The notes under the pieces were generated by a model. That model did not search any database, was not told where the DNA came from, and saw nothing but the letters and a program-made list of their open reading frames with translations. Below, one piece after another: positions 42,429 through 52,600 of a DNA stretch of 64,000 bases; the first letter of the stretch is position 1, and every line of letters begins with the position of its first letter. A program made the translations under genes and the position numbers. The DNA comes from Thalassobaculaceae bacterium (GTDB lineage: Bacteria; Pseudomonadota; Alphaproteobacteria; Thalassobaculales; Thalassobaculaceae): assembly GCA_965228875.1 (NCBI GenBank), contig OZ245843.1:1346616-1410615 (forward strand), given 5' to 3'.

Positions 42429-43471
42429 GGTCCCGCGCTCCCGTCGGACCGAACGTCCAGGCGTCGGCCCTCGGCGTCGGATCGGTAGACGGCCTCGACC
42501 AGGTCCATGTTGCGGAGATAGGCGCGCCCTTCGTTCTCGGCCCTGCGCCCGTCGCTCCAAGCGTCGACGATATGGGCGTTGTTGGCGAACACGCAGTCGC
42601 CGGCGAAGCCGCGGTTCTCCCAGGCATAGGCGTGTGCCGTTTCGGCCCCGCCATGGGGTTTCCAGTGCAATCCGCCGGACCCGTCCAGGCGGAGCACACC
42701 GCCCTCGCCCTCCAGCCACATCTCGCCCATGGTCAGGCGCGTGTTCTCCGCCACATGGTCGTTCAGGCGATTGCCGTCGAACATCCCCGTCGCCCCGGTC
42801 TCGAAGCCGAGCACGATATATCCCGCATCCTCGCCGGCGATGACCGGATTGATCCGCCGCAGGTCGGCGTACAGGCTCACCACCTCGCCCATCAGCATGC
42901 GGAAGGTGTCGATCAGGTGCACCGCCGTCTCGTGGACCAGCAGCCGCGGCATCGACTGGAAGTACGGCTGTCGGTCGAGATAGGCGCGGGGACCCTGGCC
43001 GTCCCCCGGGCGCAGGCGGAAGGCGACCGAGTGCAGGGCGCCGAAGCGACCCTCGTCGATCAGCCTGCGCGCCTCGCGGAACCAGGGCTGGAAGCGGAAG
43101 TTCTCGTGCACGGCCAGTCGGATGCCGCCGTCCTCGGCGGTGGCGACCAGGCGGCGGGCGGCGTCGACGTCCGGGGCCAGGGGTTTCTGACAGATCACGT
43201 CCGCTCCGGCGGCGACGCAGAGTTCCGTCAGTGCCCGGTGGGTCGGCGGCGGGGTGACGATGTCGACGAGGGTGGCCCCAGTCTCCCCCAGCATACGCGC
43301 CACGTCGTCGAAAACGGCGGCATCGCCGTGGTGGGCGTCCCGCGCCGCCCGCGCCCGCTCGATGTCCCGGTCGCAGACCCCGACGACCTCCGCTCCGGGC
43401 ATCCGTGCCCAGGCGTCGTGGTGGAAGGCGGCGAAGTAACCGCAGCCGACGATGGCAACCCGTTGTGTCAT
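42425..43471 (-). CDS. Gfo/Idh/MocA family NAD(P)-dependent oxidoreductase
   Basis: VAIVGCGYF Rossmann motif, ICQKP, VHENFRF and HLID; 4-bp tail-to-tail overlap with the cyclase. Confidence 0.9.
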   Translation of the reverse strand: MTQRVAIVGCGYFAAFHHDAWARMPGAEVVGVCDRDIERARAARDAHHGDAAVFDDVARMLGETGATLVDIVTPPPTHRALTELCVAAGADVICQKPLAPDVDAARRLVATAEDGGIRLAVHENFRFQPWFREARRLIDEGRFGALHSVAFRLRPGDGQGPRAYLDRQPYFQSMPRLLVHETAVHLIDTFRMLMGEVVSLYADLRRINPVIAGEDAGYIVLGFETGATGMFDGNRLNDHVAENTRLTMGEMWLEGEGGVLRLDGSGGLHWKPHGGAETAHAYAWENRGFAGDCVFANNAHIVDAWSDGRRAENEGRAYLRNMDLVEAVYRSDAEGRRLDVRSDGSAGP

Positions 43472-43548
43472 TGTTTGAGTCCTCCCGGTGGCGAAGGCTG
43501 GTCCAGACGCGGCTTGTGCGCAAGCACCTGCCGTGGCACATCGCGCGC

Positions 43549-46104
43549 ATGCTCCGTCTTGCCGCCCTCGCCGGCCTGCTGTTCGCCGCGTTCGCGTGGG
43601 TCCTTGCGCCATCTCCTGTCGCCGCGCAGAGCGGTGGCGGGGGTGCCGGCAGTTCTGTCGGTGGTGCCATACGGGGCGGCGGCACCAGCCTGCAGGACTC
43701 GATCACCCGCTCCCTCGGACAGCCGGCGCCGGCCAACGCGCCCGACCTGCTGCGCGAGACCGATGGGCTCATCACCCGATGGGAACAGGCGCTGGAGGTC
43801 TACCAGCTGATCGGTGGCCGCGCCGATCTCAGCCAGGAGCAGCTCGCGGTGATCCGCGGGCAGATCGTCGATACCAAGACCACGATCGAGGAGCATCGCC
43901 GCCAGCTTGACGCGCGGATCGCCGAGCAGCACGGGCAGCTCGACTCCCTCGGTCCGGTGCCCGACGACGGATTGGAGCCGGAGGCGGTGGCCCGGCGGCG
44001 CGCCGAACTGACCGACCGGGTTCGCGAGTTCGAGGGCCGGCAGAAGGAGATCGGTCTGCTGATCGAGCTGGCGGACCAGTTGGTGGAGCGGATCGGCGTC
44101 GCCCGCGTCACCGAACTGCGCGACCGCCTGTTCACCCAGTTCCCGGCACCGGTCCGCCCGGTGGTGTTTCTCGCGGGCCTGCGCGACGGCCTGACCGTCC
44201 TGGGCCGGATCATCGCCGCGCCGCTGACCGATGTCGGCCGCGGTTTCCAGCAGGCGACGGCGGCGCTGCCGCCGGTGATCGCGGTGACCGCGCTGGCCCT
44301 GGCGCTCTGGCTGGCATCGATCCTCTGGTTGGAACGCCGTTTCGGCCCCCACGGAGAGCCCCGCTCCTACTCCCGCAAGGTCCTAGCGGCGGTCATCGTC
44401 TCCGTATCTCGCGGCCTCGCCCCCGCCGCCGCCTTCGCAGCCCCGATCATGGTCATGGAGGAGCTGGCGGTCACCGCCGGACTGGCCTCCATCGTGCTGT
44501 CGTCGGCACAGGAGGCGCTGGTCCGCTTTCTTCTGCTGACCGGGCTGATCCGCGCCGCCCTGGCGCCGCAGGCCTCGCCCTGGCGGCTGCCGAACATTCC
44601 CGACGAGGCGGCGACGGCCATCTGGCGCCGGGCGCTGATCCTGCTGGCCACCCTGCACGTCGCCCTGTTCCTCATCGAGGTCGCTCAGAACCTCAACATC
44701 ACGCCCGAACTGCGGTCCGGTTTCGCCCTGGTGTTCAGCGTGCTGATCGCCTCGAACCTGCTGGCGCTCCTGCGCCCCAGCTATTGGGAGCCGCAGAGCG
44801 CGCACGCCGAAAGCGACGACGAGTCGGACGATGCCCGCAGCGGGATCGATCCGGGCACGCTGATGCGATGGCTGCTGATCCTGGTGGCCATATCCGGCGT
44901 CGGCTTCGCCCTCGTCGGCTACAGCGAAGCGGCGATCTGGCTGCTGTCGAAGCTGATCGACGTCAGTTTCCTGGTTCTCGCCCTGGTCATGGCCCGCGGT
45001 CTGGTCCGCGACCTGGCAGGAATCGTCGACGATACCGGCACCCGGGCACACCGCTGGGTGCAGCGCCTGGCCGGAACCAGCGACGCGACGATCACCCGCA
45101 CGGTGTTCTGGTTCAACATCCTGACCGACATGGCGACGCTCCTGCTCGCCCTGGTCGGCATCGCCCTGATCCTGGGCGTCAGCGTCGGCGACATGTACCT
45201 GGTCATGCAGCGGACCCTGAACGGGTTCGATGTCGGATCGGTCAGGATCTCGCCCGGCAACCTGCTGGCCGGCCTCCTCGCGTTCTTCGTCGCGCTGGTG
45301 GTGACCCGGATGATCCAGCGCGGACTGGTCCGCCGGATCTTCCCGCACACCCATATCGACACCGGCGTCCAACACTCGGTCACCGCCGGCATCGGCTATG
45401 TCGGCGTGACCGTCGCCCTGCTCACCGGTGTCGCGGTCGTCGGGTTCGACCTGTCCAACCTGGCGCTGATCGCCGGCGCGCTGTCCGTGGGTATCGGCTT
45501 CGGCCTGCAGGCGATCGTCAACAATTTCGTCTCCGGCCTCATCCTGCTGGCCGAACGCCCGGTGAAGGTCGGCGACTGGGTGAAGATCGGCGCCTTCGAG
45601 GGCACGGTGAAGCGGATCAACGTTCGCGCCACCGAGATTCAGACCTTCCAGCGGTCCGAGGTCATCATTCCGAACTCGGAGCTGATCTCCTCGGCGCTGA
45701 TCAACTACACCCACAAGGACAAGTACGGCCGGATCGAGGTCCACGTCCCGGTGAGCTACGGCGAGGATCCGAAACGGGTCGGCGACCTCCTCCTGGAGAT
45801 CGCCGGCGACCATCCGATGATCGCCAAGTGGCCGGAACCGTACCTGTATTTCCACGGGTTCGATGAGGTCGCGATGCGCATGCAGCTCCGCGTCTACCTC
45901 ACCGACATCAACAATTTCCTCACGGTGACCAACGACCTGCACTTCGCCATCGCCGAACGTCTGCGCGAGGCCGGCATCGCGTTCGCCCGGCCGCATACCG
46001 ACACCCGACTGCGCCGCGACGATGTCCAGGACCGGATGCTGGGGCCGACCCCGGCGGACCCGCCGACGCACAACGCCCCGCCGGGTGGCGAAATGGACAG
46101 CTAG
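43549..46104 (+). CDS. large MscS/MscK-like mechanosensitive channel (DUF3772-type N-terminus)
   Basis: Signal peptide, coiled periplasmic region (LGPVP..EP), many TMs, GALSVGIGFGLQ..VNNFVSGLILL.ERP.KVGDW and IIPNS. Confidence 0.9.
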   Translation: MLRLAALAGLLFAAFAWVLAPSPVAAQSGGGGAGSSVGGAIRGGGTSLQDSITRSLGQPAPANAPDLLRETDGLITRWEQALEVYQLIGGRADLSQEQLAVIRGQIVDTKTTIEEHRRQLDARIAEQHGQLDSLGPVPDDGLEPEAVARRRAELTDRVREFEGRQKEIGLLIELADQLVERIGVARVTELRDRLFTQFPAPVRPVVFLAGLRDGLTVLGRIIAAPLTDVGRGFQQATAALPPVIAVTALALALWLASILWLERRFGPHGEPRSYSRKVLAAVIVSVSRGLAPAAAFAAPIMVMEELAVTAGLASIVLSSAQEALVRFLLLTGLIRAALAPQASPWRLPNIPDEAATAIWRRALILLATLHVALFLIEVAQNLNITPELRSGFALVFSVLIASNLLALLRPSYWEPQSAHAESDDESDDARSGIDPGTLMRWLLILVAISGVGFALVGYSEAAIWLLSKLIDVSFLVLALVMARGLVRDLAGIVDDTGTRAHRWVQRLAGTSDATITRTVFWFNILTDMATLLLALVGIALILGVSVGDMYLVMQRTLNGFDVGSVRISPGNLLAGLLAFFVALVVTRMIQRGLVRRIFPHTHIDTGVQHSVTAGIGYVGVTVALLTGVAVVGFDLSNLALIAGALSVGIGFGLQAIVNNFVSGLILLAERPVKVGDWVKIGAFEGTVKRINVRATEIQTFQRSEVIIPNSELISSALINYTHKDKYGRIEVHVPVSYGEDPKRVGDLLLEIAGDHPMIAKWPEPYLYFHGFDEVAMRMQLRVYLTDINNFLTVTNDLHFAIAERLREAGIAFARPHTDTRLRRDDVQDRMLGPTPADPPTHNAPPGGEMDS

Positions 46105-46120
46105 GGCGCGTCAGCGACCG

Positions 46121-47746
46121 TCACATCGCCAACGCCCGCTCCCGCAGAACGAACTTCTGGATCTTGCCCGTCGATGTCTTCGGCAGATCGGTGAAAACGA
46201 TGGTTCGTGGCACCTTGAAATGAGCCATGTGGTCGCGGCAGAACGCGACCACCTCCTCCGCCGTCAGGGCCTGGCCCGGCTTCGGGGTGACGAAGGCGCA
46301 GGGGCTCTCGCCCCACTTCTCGTCCGGCCGGGCAACGACCGCGGCCTCCATGATGCCCGGATGACGGAACAGCACGTCCTCGATCTCGAGTGACGAGATG
46401 TTCTCGCCACCGGAGATGATGATGTCCTTGGAGCGGTCCTTGACCTCGGCATAGCCGTCGGGGTGCATGACCGCCAGGTCGCCGGAGCGGAACCAGCCGT
46501 CGACGAAGGCCTTGGCCGTGGCGGCAGGGTTCTTCAGGTAGCCCTTCATCACCGTGTTGCCGCGGATGGCGATCTCGCCGATGGTCGCGCCGTCGCTCGG
46601 CACGTCGGCGCCGGTCTCCGGATCGACGACACGAAACCCCTCGAGCGTCGGATAGCCGACACCCTGGCGCGCCATCTTGCGGGCCTTGTCGTCGAGCAAC
46701 AGTTCGTTCCATTCCGGTGGCCATGCGCAGATTCCGGACGGACCGTAGGTCTCGGTCAGGCCGTAGAGGTGGACGACCCTGAACCCCATCTGTTCCATGC
46801 CGGCGATCACCGCGCTCGGCGGGGCGGCGCCGCCGGTGCCGATGTTGATGGCGTGATCGAACCGGCGCTTCACCGCGTCCGGGGCGTGGATCAGCATGGT
46901 GAGTACGATCGGCGCGCCGCACATGTGCGTCACCTGATGCTCGCCGATCAGCTCGAAGATCAGCCCCGGGTCGACCTTGCGCAGGCAGACATGCGTCCCG
47001 CAGGCCGCCGTCACCCCCCAGGTGAAGGTCCAGCCGTTGCAGTGGAACATCGGCAGGGTCCAGAGGTAGCGCGCGTGCCGGTCGACCTGGAAGGCGATGG
47101 CATTGCCCATGCCGTTCAGGTAGGCGCCGCGGTGGTGATAGACCACGCCCTTCGGGTCGCCGGTGGTGCCCGAGGTGTAGTTCAGGCAGATCGCCTGCCA
47201 CTCGTCCTCGGGCCAGGGCCAGTCGAACTCCGGATCGCCCTCGTTCAGGAACGCCTCGTACTCCACCTCGCCGAGCGGATCGCCGGACTCGGCCAGCATG
47301 TCGTCGATCCAGATCACCGTCGGCGCGCCCTTGCTCTGCGCCAGCGCCTCCGCCATCACGCCGGTGAACTCCCGGTCGACGAGAACGACCCTCGCCTCGC
47401 CGTGGTCGAGGATGAAGCCGATCGTCGCGGCGTCCAGGCGGGTGTTGATCGCGTTGAGGACCGCCCCCGACATCGGCACGCCATAATGCGCCTCGAGCAT
47501 GGCCGGCGTATTCGGGGCCAGCACGGCCACCGTGTCCCCCACGCCGATCCCGCGGCGGGTCAGCGCCGAAGCGAGCCGCCGGCAGCGGGCGTAGGTCTCG
47601 GCGTATGTCTGACGGAGATCGCCGTGAATCACCGCCACCTTGTTGGGATAGGTGTGCGCGGCGCGGGCGAGAAAGTCGCTCGGCGTCAGCGGTGCGTAGT
47701 TTGCCGGCCGGCGCTCCAGGTCGCGGTCGTAGATCGAGTCTGTCAT
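46121..47746 (-). CDS. acyl-CoA synthetase (AMP-forming)
   Basis: NYTSGTTGDPKGV, LPMFHCNGW, YGLTET, GWFRSGD, DRSKDIIISGGENIS and PKTSTGKIQK motifs. Confidence 0.93.
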   Translation of the reverse strand: MTDSIYDRDLERRPANYAPLTPSDFLARAAHTYPNKVAVIHGDLRQTYAETYARCRRLASALTRRGIGVGDTVAVLAPNTPAMLEAHYGVPMSGAVLNAINTRLDAATIGFILDHGEARVVLVDREFTGVMAEALAQSKGAPTVIWIDDMLAESGDPLGEVEYEAFLNEGDPEFDWPWPEDEWQAICLNYTSGTTGDPKGVVYHHRGAYLNGMGNAIAFQVDRHARYLWTLPMFHCNGWTFTWGVTAACGTHVCLRKVDPGLIFELIGEHQVTHMCGAPIVLTMLIHAPDAVKRRFDHAINIGTGGAAPPSAVIAGMEQMGFRVVHLYGLTETYGPSGICAWPPEWNELLLDDKARKMARQGVGYPTLEGFRVVDPETGADVPSDGATIGEIAIRGNTVMKGYLKNPAATAKAFVDGWFRSGDLAVMHPDGYAEVKDRSKDIIISGGENISSLEIEDVLFRHPGIMEAAVVARPDEKWGESPCAFVTPKPGQALTAEEVVAFCRDHMAHFKVPRTIVFTDLPKTSTGKIQKFVLRERALAM

Positions 47747-47864
47747 CGGTACGCGTTTCCTTAACGGGCGTTGCGCCTACCTTTTCCATCACCCGTTCAA
47801 AGGTCAAGCACCGCTGATCGACCCCCGGGTTGTATGCAGTACACCGGCACGCTAGGTTCCGCTC

Positions 47865-48524
47865 ATGCGTATCGACATCTTTTCCGACGTCATCTGTCCG
47901 TGGTGCTTCATCGGCAAGCGCCGGCTTGAGCGCGCCCTCGCCCAGCGACCCCAGGGCGAGGTCGAGATTCACTGGCGGGCCTTTCAACTCAACCCCGACA
48001 TGCCGGTCCAGGGCATGCCGCGCCAGGCCTACCTGCAGGCCAAGTTCGGCGGCGCCGAACGGGCGGCGCAGATCTACGAGACCATCCGCGAGAACGGGAA
48101 GAAGGAAGGCATCGACTTCCAGTTCGACAGCATCGCCAGGACGCCGAACACGGTGCGGGCGCACCGGCTGATCCGTTTCGCCAGCGACCGTGGCGCCTCG
48201 GACGTCCTCGTCGAGCGGCTGTTCACCGGGTACTTCTACGACGGCATGGACATCGGCGACGTCGAAACCCTCGCCGCGATCGCCGAGGAGGCGGGCCTAG
48301 ACCCTGCCGAGGCCAGGACGTTCCTGGAGAGCAACGAGACCGTCGCCGACGTGCTCGCCGAGACACGCTTCGCCTACGAGAACGGGATCAACGGCGTGCC
48401 CTGCTTCATCTTCGACCGGCGCTACGCGCTGGCCGGCGCCCAGGAGCCGGCGGCCTTCTTCCCGCTGTTCGAACTGGTGCAGAACGAGGCCGCCAACCGG
48501 CCCGCCGCGGCGAACATGGCCTGA
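47865..48524 (+). CDS. DsbA/FrnE family oxidoreductase
   Basis: SDVICPWCFIGKRRL, FQLNP and GVPCF motifs. Confidence 0.92.
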   Translation: MRIDIFSDVICPWCFIGKRRLERALAQRPQGEVEIHWRAFQLNPDMPVQGMPRQAYLQAKFGGAERAAQIYETIRENGKKEGIDFQFDSIARTPNTVRAHRLIRFASDRGASDVLVERLFTGYFYDGMDIGDVETLAAIAEEAGLDPAEARTFLESNETVADVLAETRFAYENGINGVPCFIFDRRYALAGAQEPAAFFPLFELVQNEAANRPAAANMA

Positions 48525-48533
48525 TCCGGGCGG

Positions 48534-49493
48534 TCAGCACCGCTCGGTCATCCACGTGGCGACCTGCTTGTGCTGCACCTCGGTCTGCGAGTAGGTGCGG
48601 TAGTAGTTCATCAGGTCGCGCAGCGGCTCGGCCATCCGGTTGAAGCCCGAGATGAAGGCGACGATCACGCCGACCTCAGTGTCGCCCTGAACCACCATCC
48701 ATCCACCGAAGGAGAGCACCAGAAGCGGCGCCGCCGCATTCAGGAAGTTCAGCATCGCCTTGCCCGCGAACTTCCAGGCGAGATAGCGCATCCGGTTCGT
48801 GAACAGGCCATCGACCTCCGAGGCCGTACGCTCCTCGATGGCATCGTCACCGGTGCCTTCCGCAACCTCCTCGCTCAGCGAGCGCATCAGCTCGGTCCGC
48901 CGCTCGACCAGGGCATTCAATCGGCGCTGGATCACCGGGATGACGATCACCTGCGGACCGAGGAAGGCCAGGCTGACCATCGCGATCAGCGGCTCGACCG
49001 CGACCATGTAGACCATGACGGCGATCAGCACGCCGGTCTGGGCCACCGGATCGGAGACCCCGTCGCCGACGAATCCGCCGATCGCCTCGATCTCGCTGTT
49101 CACGATGGAAACCGCGGCCCCGCCCTCGCCGTCCTCGCGCGACTGCCGGCCGTGAAGGGCGATGATCCGGTTCCGGCAGTAAGCGATGGCGCTCTCGGCC
49201 AGCCAGCCCTGGTACAGCCGCAGCATGAACTTCACGCTGCCGTTCAGGACGATGACGACGAGATAGGCGATCGCCAGCATCACCAGGAGATCGGTGTCGC
49301 CGGGCCGCAGGGCGTCGTCGATGATCCGGCGCTGGATCTCCAGCGGCGCGACGGTCAGCACGGCGACCGCAAGCGCGAGGGCGCAGGCCGGCAGCTGATA
49401 CCAGCCGCTGGTCCGCCGTATGAAGGTCGCCAGGTTGGGCGCCGGCCGATCGTCGCCGATCTCCGGGATGCGTCTGGGCGTCATCGGAAACAC
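48534..49493 (-). CDS. ABC exporter transmembrane domain only (no NBD)
   Basis: Six hydrophobic segments, PLEIQRRIIDDA, G.TEVGVIVAF.SG...EP.RDL..YY; stop follows TM6; GGGGAGG RBS before the GTG. Confidence 0.8.
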   Translation of the reverse strand: MFPMTPRRIPEIGDDRPAPNLATFIRRTSGWYQLPACALALAVAVLTVAPLEIQRRIIDDALRPGDTDLLVMLAIAYLVVIVLNGSVKFMLRLYQGWLAESAIAYCRNRIIALHGRQSREDGEGGAAVSIVNSEIEAIGGFVGDGVSDPVAQTGVLIAVMVYMVAVEPLIAMVSLAFLGPQVIVIPVIQRRLNALVERRTELMRSLSEEVAEGTGDDAIEERTASEVDGLFTNRMRYLAWKFAGKAMLNFLNAAAPLLVLSFGGWMVVQGDTEVGVIVAFISGFNRMAEPLRDLMNYYRTYSQTEVQHKQVATWMTERC

Positions 49494-49602
49494 GAGGTTA
49501 CCTCCCCTGCTCGCCCGGCGGCGGAGAGGCCGGCGGTTCCAGTGAGCAGACCGTGGAGGGTGCGCGATTATTCCGGTTCTGTCGCCGGCCGAGGACAGAT
49601 GC

Positions 49603-52600
49603 TCACGCCGCCAGGGCGGCCAGTTCCTCCATCAACCGGGTCAGGCCAAGCACGCGCTGCTCCGGCCGGTTCCACGCACGCCGGTAGACCAGCTTGTGAT
49701 CCGGGCGCAGCTGGACCGACCCGGCCTGCTGCTGCATGAAGGTCACAAGTTTGTCCGGGTGGGCGAAACTGTTGTTGCGGAAGGCGACGATCGCGCCCTT
49801 CGGTCCGGCGTCGACCTTCTCGATGCCGGCCGTCCGGCAAAGCCCCTTGATCGCCACGACCTTCAGCAGGTTGTCGACCTCCGCCGGGGTCGGGCCGAAG
49901 CGGTCGGCCAGTTCCGCGGCGAACCCGTCGATCTCGTCCTGATCGACCAGCATGGCGATCCGTCGGTACAGGCTCATGCGCACCGACAGGTCCGGGACGT
50001 AGGCATCGGGTATCAGCACCGGCATGCCGATGGCGATCTGCGGCGTCCAGGAGCTGTCCTCCGGCGAGACGCCTTCGCCCGACCGCGCCGCCTCGACGGC
50101 CTCACGCAGCAGTTCCTGATAAAGCTCGATCCCCACTTCCTTGACCTGACCCGACTGCTCCTCTCCCAGCAGGTTGCCGGCCCCGCGAATGTCCATGTCG
50201 TGGCTGGCCAGCGAGAATCCCGCGCCGAGACTGTCCAGGGTCTGCATCACTGCCAGGCGGCGTTTCGCGATCGGCGGCAGGACCCGGGTCGGGTGGGTCG
50301 TCAGATAGGCGTAGGCACGGGTCTTCGACCGCCCGACCCGGCCACGAAGCTGGTACAGCTGGGCGAGACCGAACATGTCGGCGCGATGGATCACGATGGT
50401 GTTGGCGGTCGGAATGTCGAGACCCGATTCGACGATGTTGGTGGACAGCAGAACGTCGAAGTTTCCGTCGGTGAAGGACGTCATCACGTCCTCCAGTTCG
50501 GTCGGCGCCATCCGGCCGTGGGCGAGGCCGATGCGCAGGTCCGGCACCAGCTTCATCAGCCGCTCGTGGACGCGGCTCAGGTCCTCGATCCGGGGGCAGA
50601 CGTAGAAGGTCTGGCCACCACGGTAGCGCTCGCGCAGCAGGGCTTCGCGGATGATGACCCCGTCATAGGGCATGACGAAGGTGCGGACCGCCAGCCGGTC
50701 CACGGGCGGTGTGGCGATCAGGCTCATCTCCCGCACGCCCGACAACGCCATCTGCAGGGTACGGGGGATCGGCGTCGCCGTCATCGTCAGGACGTGAACT
50801 TCCTTGCGCAGGTCCTTCAACCGCTCCTTCTGGCCGACGCCGAAATGCTGCTCCTCGTCGACGATGACGAGGCCCAGGTTGTTGAACTGGACCTGTTTGG
50901 ACAGAACGGCATGGGTGCCGACGACGATGTTCACGTCGCCGCTGCGCAGTCCCTCCTTGATCTCGTTCGCCTCCTTCGTCGTCACCAGTCGCGAGAGCTG
51001 GGCGACGCGCAGCGCGAACCCCTGGAAGCGGTCGCGGAAATTGCGGAAGTGCTGACGGCAGAGCAACGTGGTGGGAACCACGACCGCCACCTGGAAGCCC
51101 TGGGCCGCGGCGACCAGGGCGGCGCGCAGGGCCACCTCCGTCTTGCCGAACCCGACATCCCCGCACACAAGCCGGTCCATCGGCCGGGCCGACCCCAGGT
51201 CCTCCAGCACGTCGTCAATCGCCTTGAGCTGATCGTCGGTCTCGGTGAACGGGAACCGGGCGCAAAACTCGTCATAGGTGCCGGGCGGCGGATAGAGCGG
51301 CTCGGTCTTGCGCAGCTCGCGCTCGGCGGCGATGCCGATCAGCGCCTCCGCCATGTCGAGCAGGCGCTTCTTGACGCGCGCCTTGCGCGCCTGCCAGCCG
51401 ACCCCGCCAAGCTTGTCGAGCTGCGCCTTGGTCTCCTGGCTGCCGTAGCGCGACAGAACGTCGATATTCTCGACCGGCACGAACAGCTTGTCGCCGCCGA
51501 GATACTCGAGCCGCAGCACGTCGTGCGGCGCGCCGCCGATCTCCAGCGTCTCCAGTCCCAGGTAGCGGCCGATCCCGTGCTCGGTATGGACGACGTAATC
51601 GCCCTGCTCGAGGGAGGAGACCTCGCGTAGGAAATCCTCGCCCCGCCGCTTGCGCCGCCGCGACGGACGTACCAGCCGCTCGCCGACAATATCGGGTTCG
51701 GAGATCACGGTGATCTCGCCCCGCCGGTAGCCGCGCTCCAGCGGCAGGACCGCCGTCGCCACGGTGGCCGGCGGCAGTTCCAGCGCGGCCCGCAAGGTAT
51801 CCGCCGCCTCTATGGCGTCGATGCCATGGTCGCGCAGCAGATGCGCCAATCGGTCCCGGGACCCGTCGCTGTAGCCGGCGACCACGACCCGCCTGCCCTT
51901 GGCGATCTCCTCGACGACACTGTCGCGCACCGCGTCGTACACCGCCGATCCGCCCCGCGCCCGCGCCTCGGCGAGGTCGACCCCGGCGCTCGCGGCGAAG
52001 TCGATCACCGCGCCATCATCGGGGAGCGCGAACGGAGTGAAGGCGCCGACCGCGCGGTCGGCCAGCAGGGCCGCCCAGTCGGCGGGCGCGAGATAGAGCG
52101 CGTCGGACGCCAGCGGCCGGTAGATCCCGCCCGCTTCCGCACCGCCGGCACGCAGCATCTGAACACGGGAGTCGTGATATTCGGCGATCTGCTCGAACCG
52201 GGCGGCGGCGACCTCCGCAGCCTGGTGGTCGAGGGTCACCGGCGCGTCGCCCACATAGTCGAGCACCGTGTCGAGGCGGTCGTGGAACAGCGGCAGCCAG
52301 TGCTCCATCCCGCCGTGGCGCCGGCCGGCCGATACCGCCTCGTAGACCGGATCCGCCGTTACCTCGGCGCCGAACAGCGCCCGGTAGCCGGAGCGGAAGC
52401 GCTGGATCGTCGCATCGTCCAGCAGAACCTCGCCAACCGGAAGGAAGGCGACGCTTCGGCGCTTGCCCGTGGTCCGCTGCGTCATCGGATCGAAGCGCCT
52501 GACCTCCTCCAGGTCGTCACCGAAGAAGTCGAGCCGCACCGGCTCTTCCGTACCGGTCGGGAACACGTCGACGATACCGCCGCGCACGGCATACTCGCCG

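Noticed and set aside
39756..43775. 1339-aa minus-strand ORF
   Set aside because: Low-complexity Arg/Gly/Pro-rich off-frame reading that overlaps prfC, the cyclase and the oxidoreductase.
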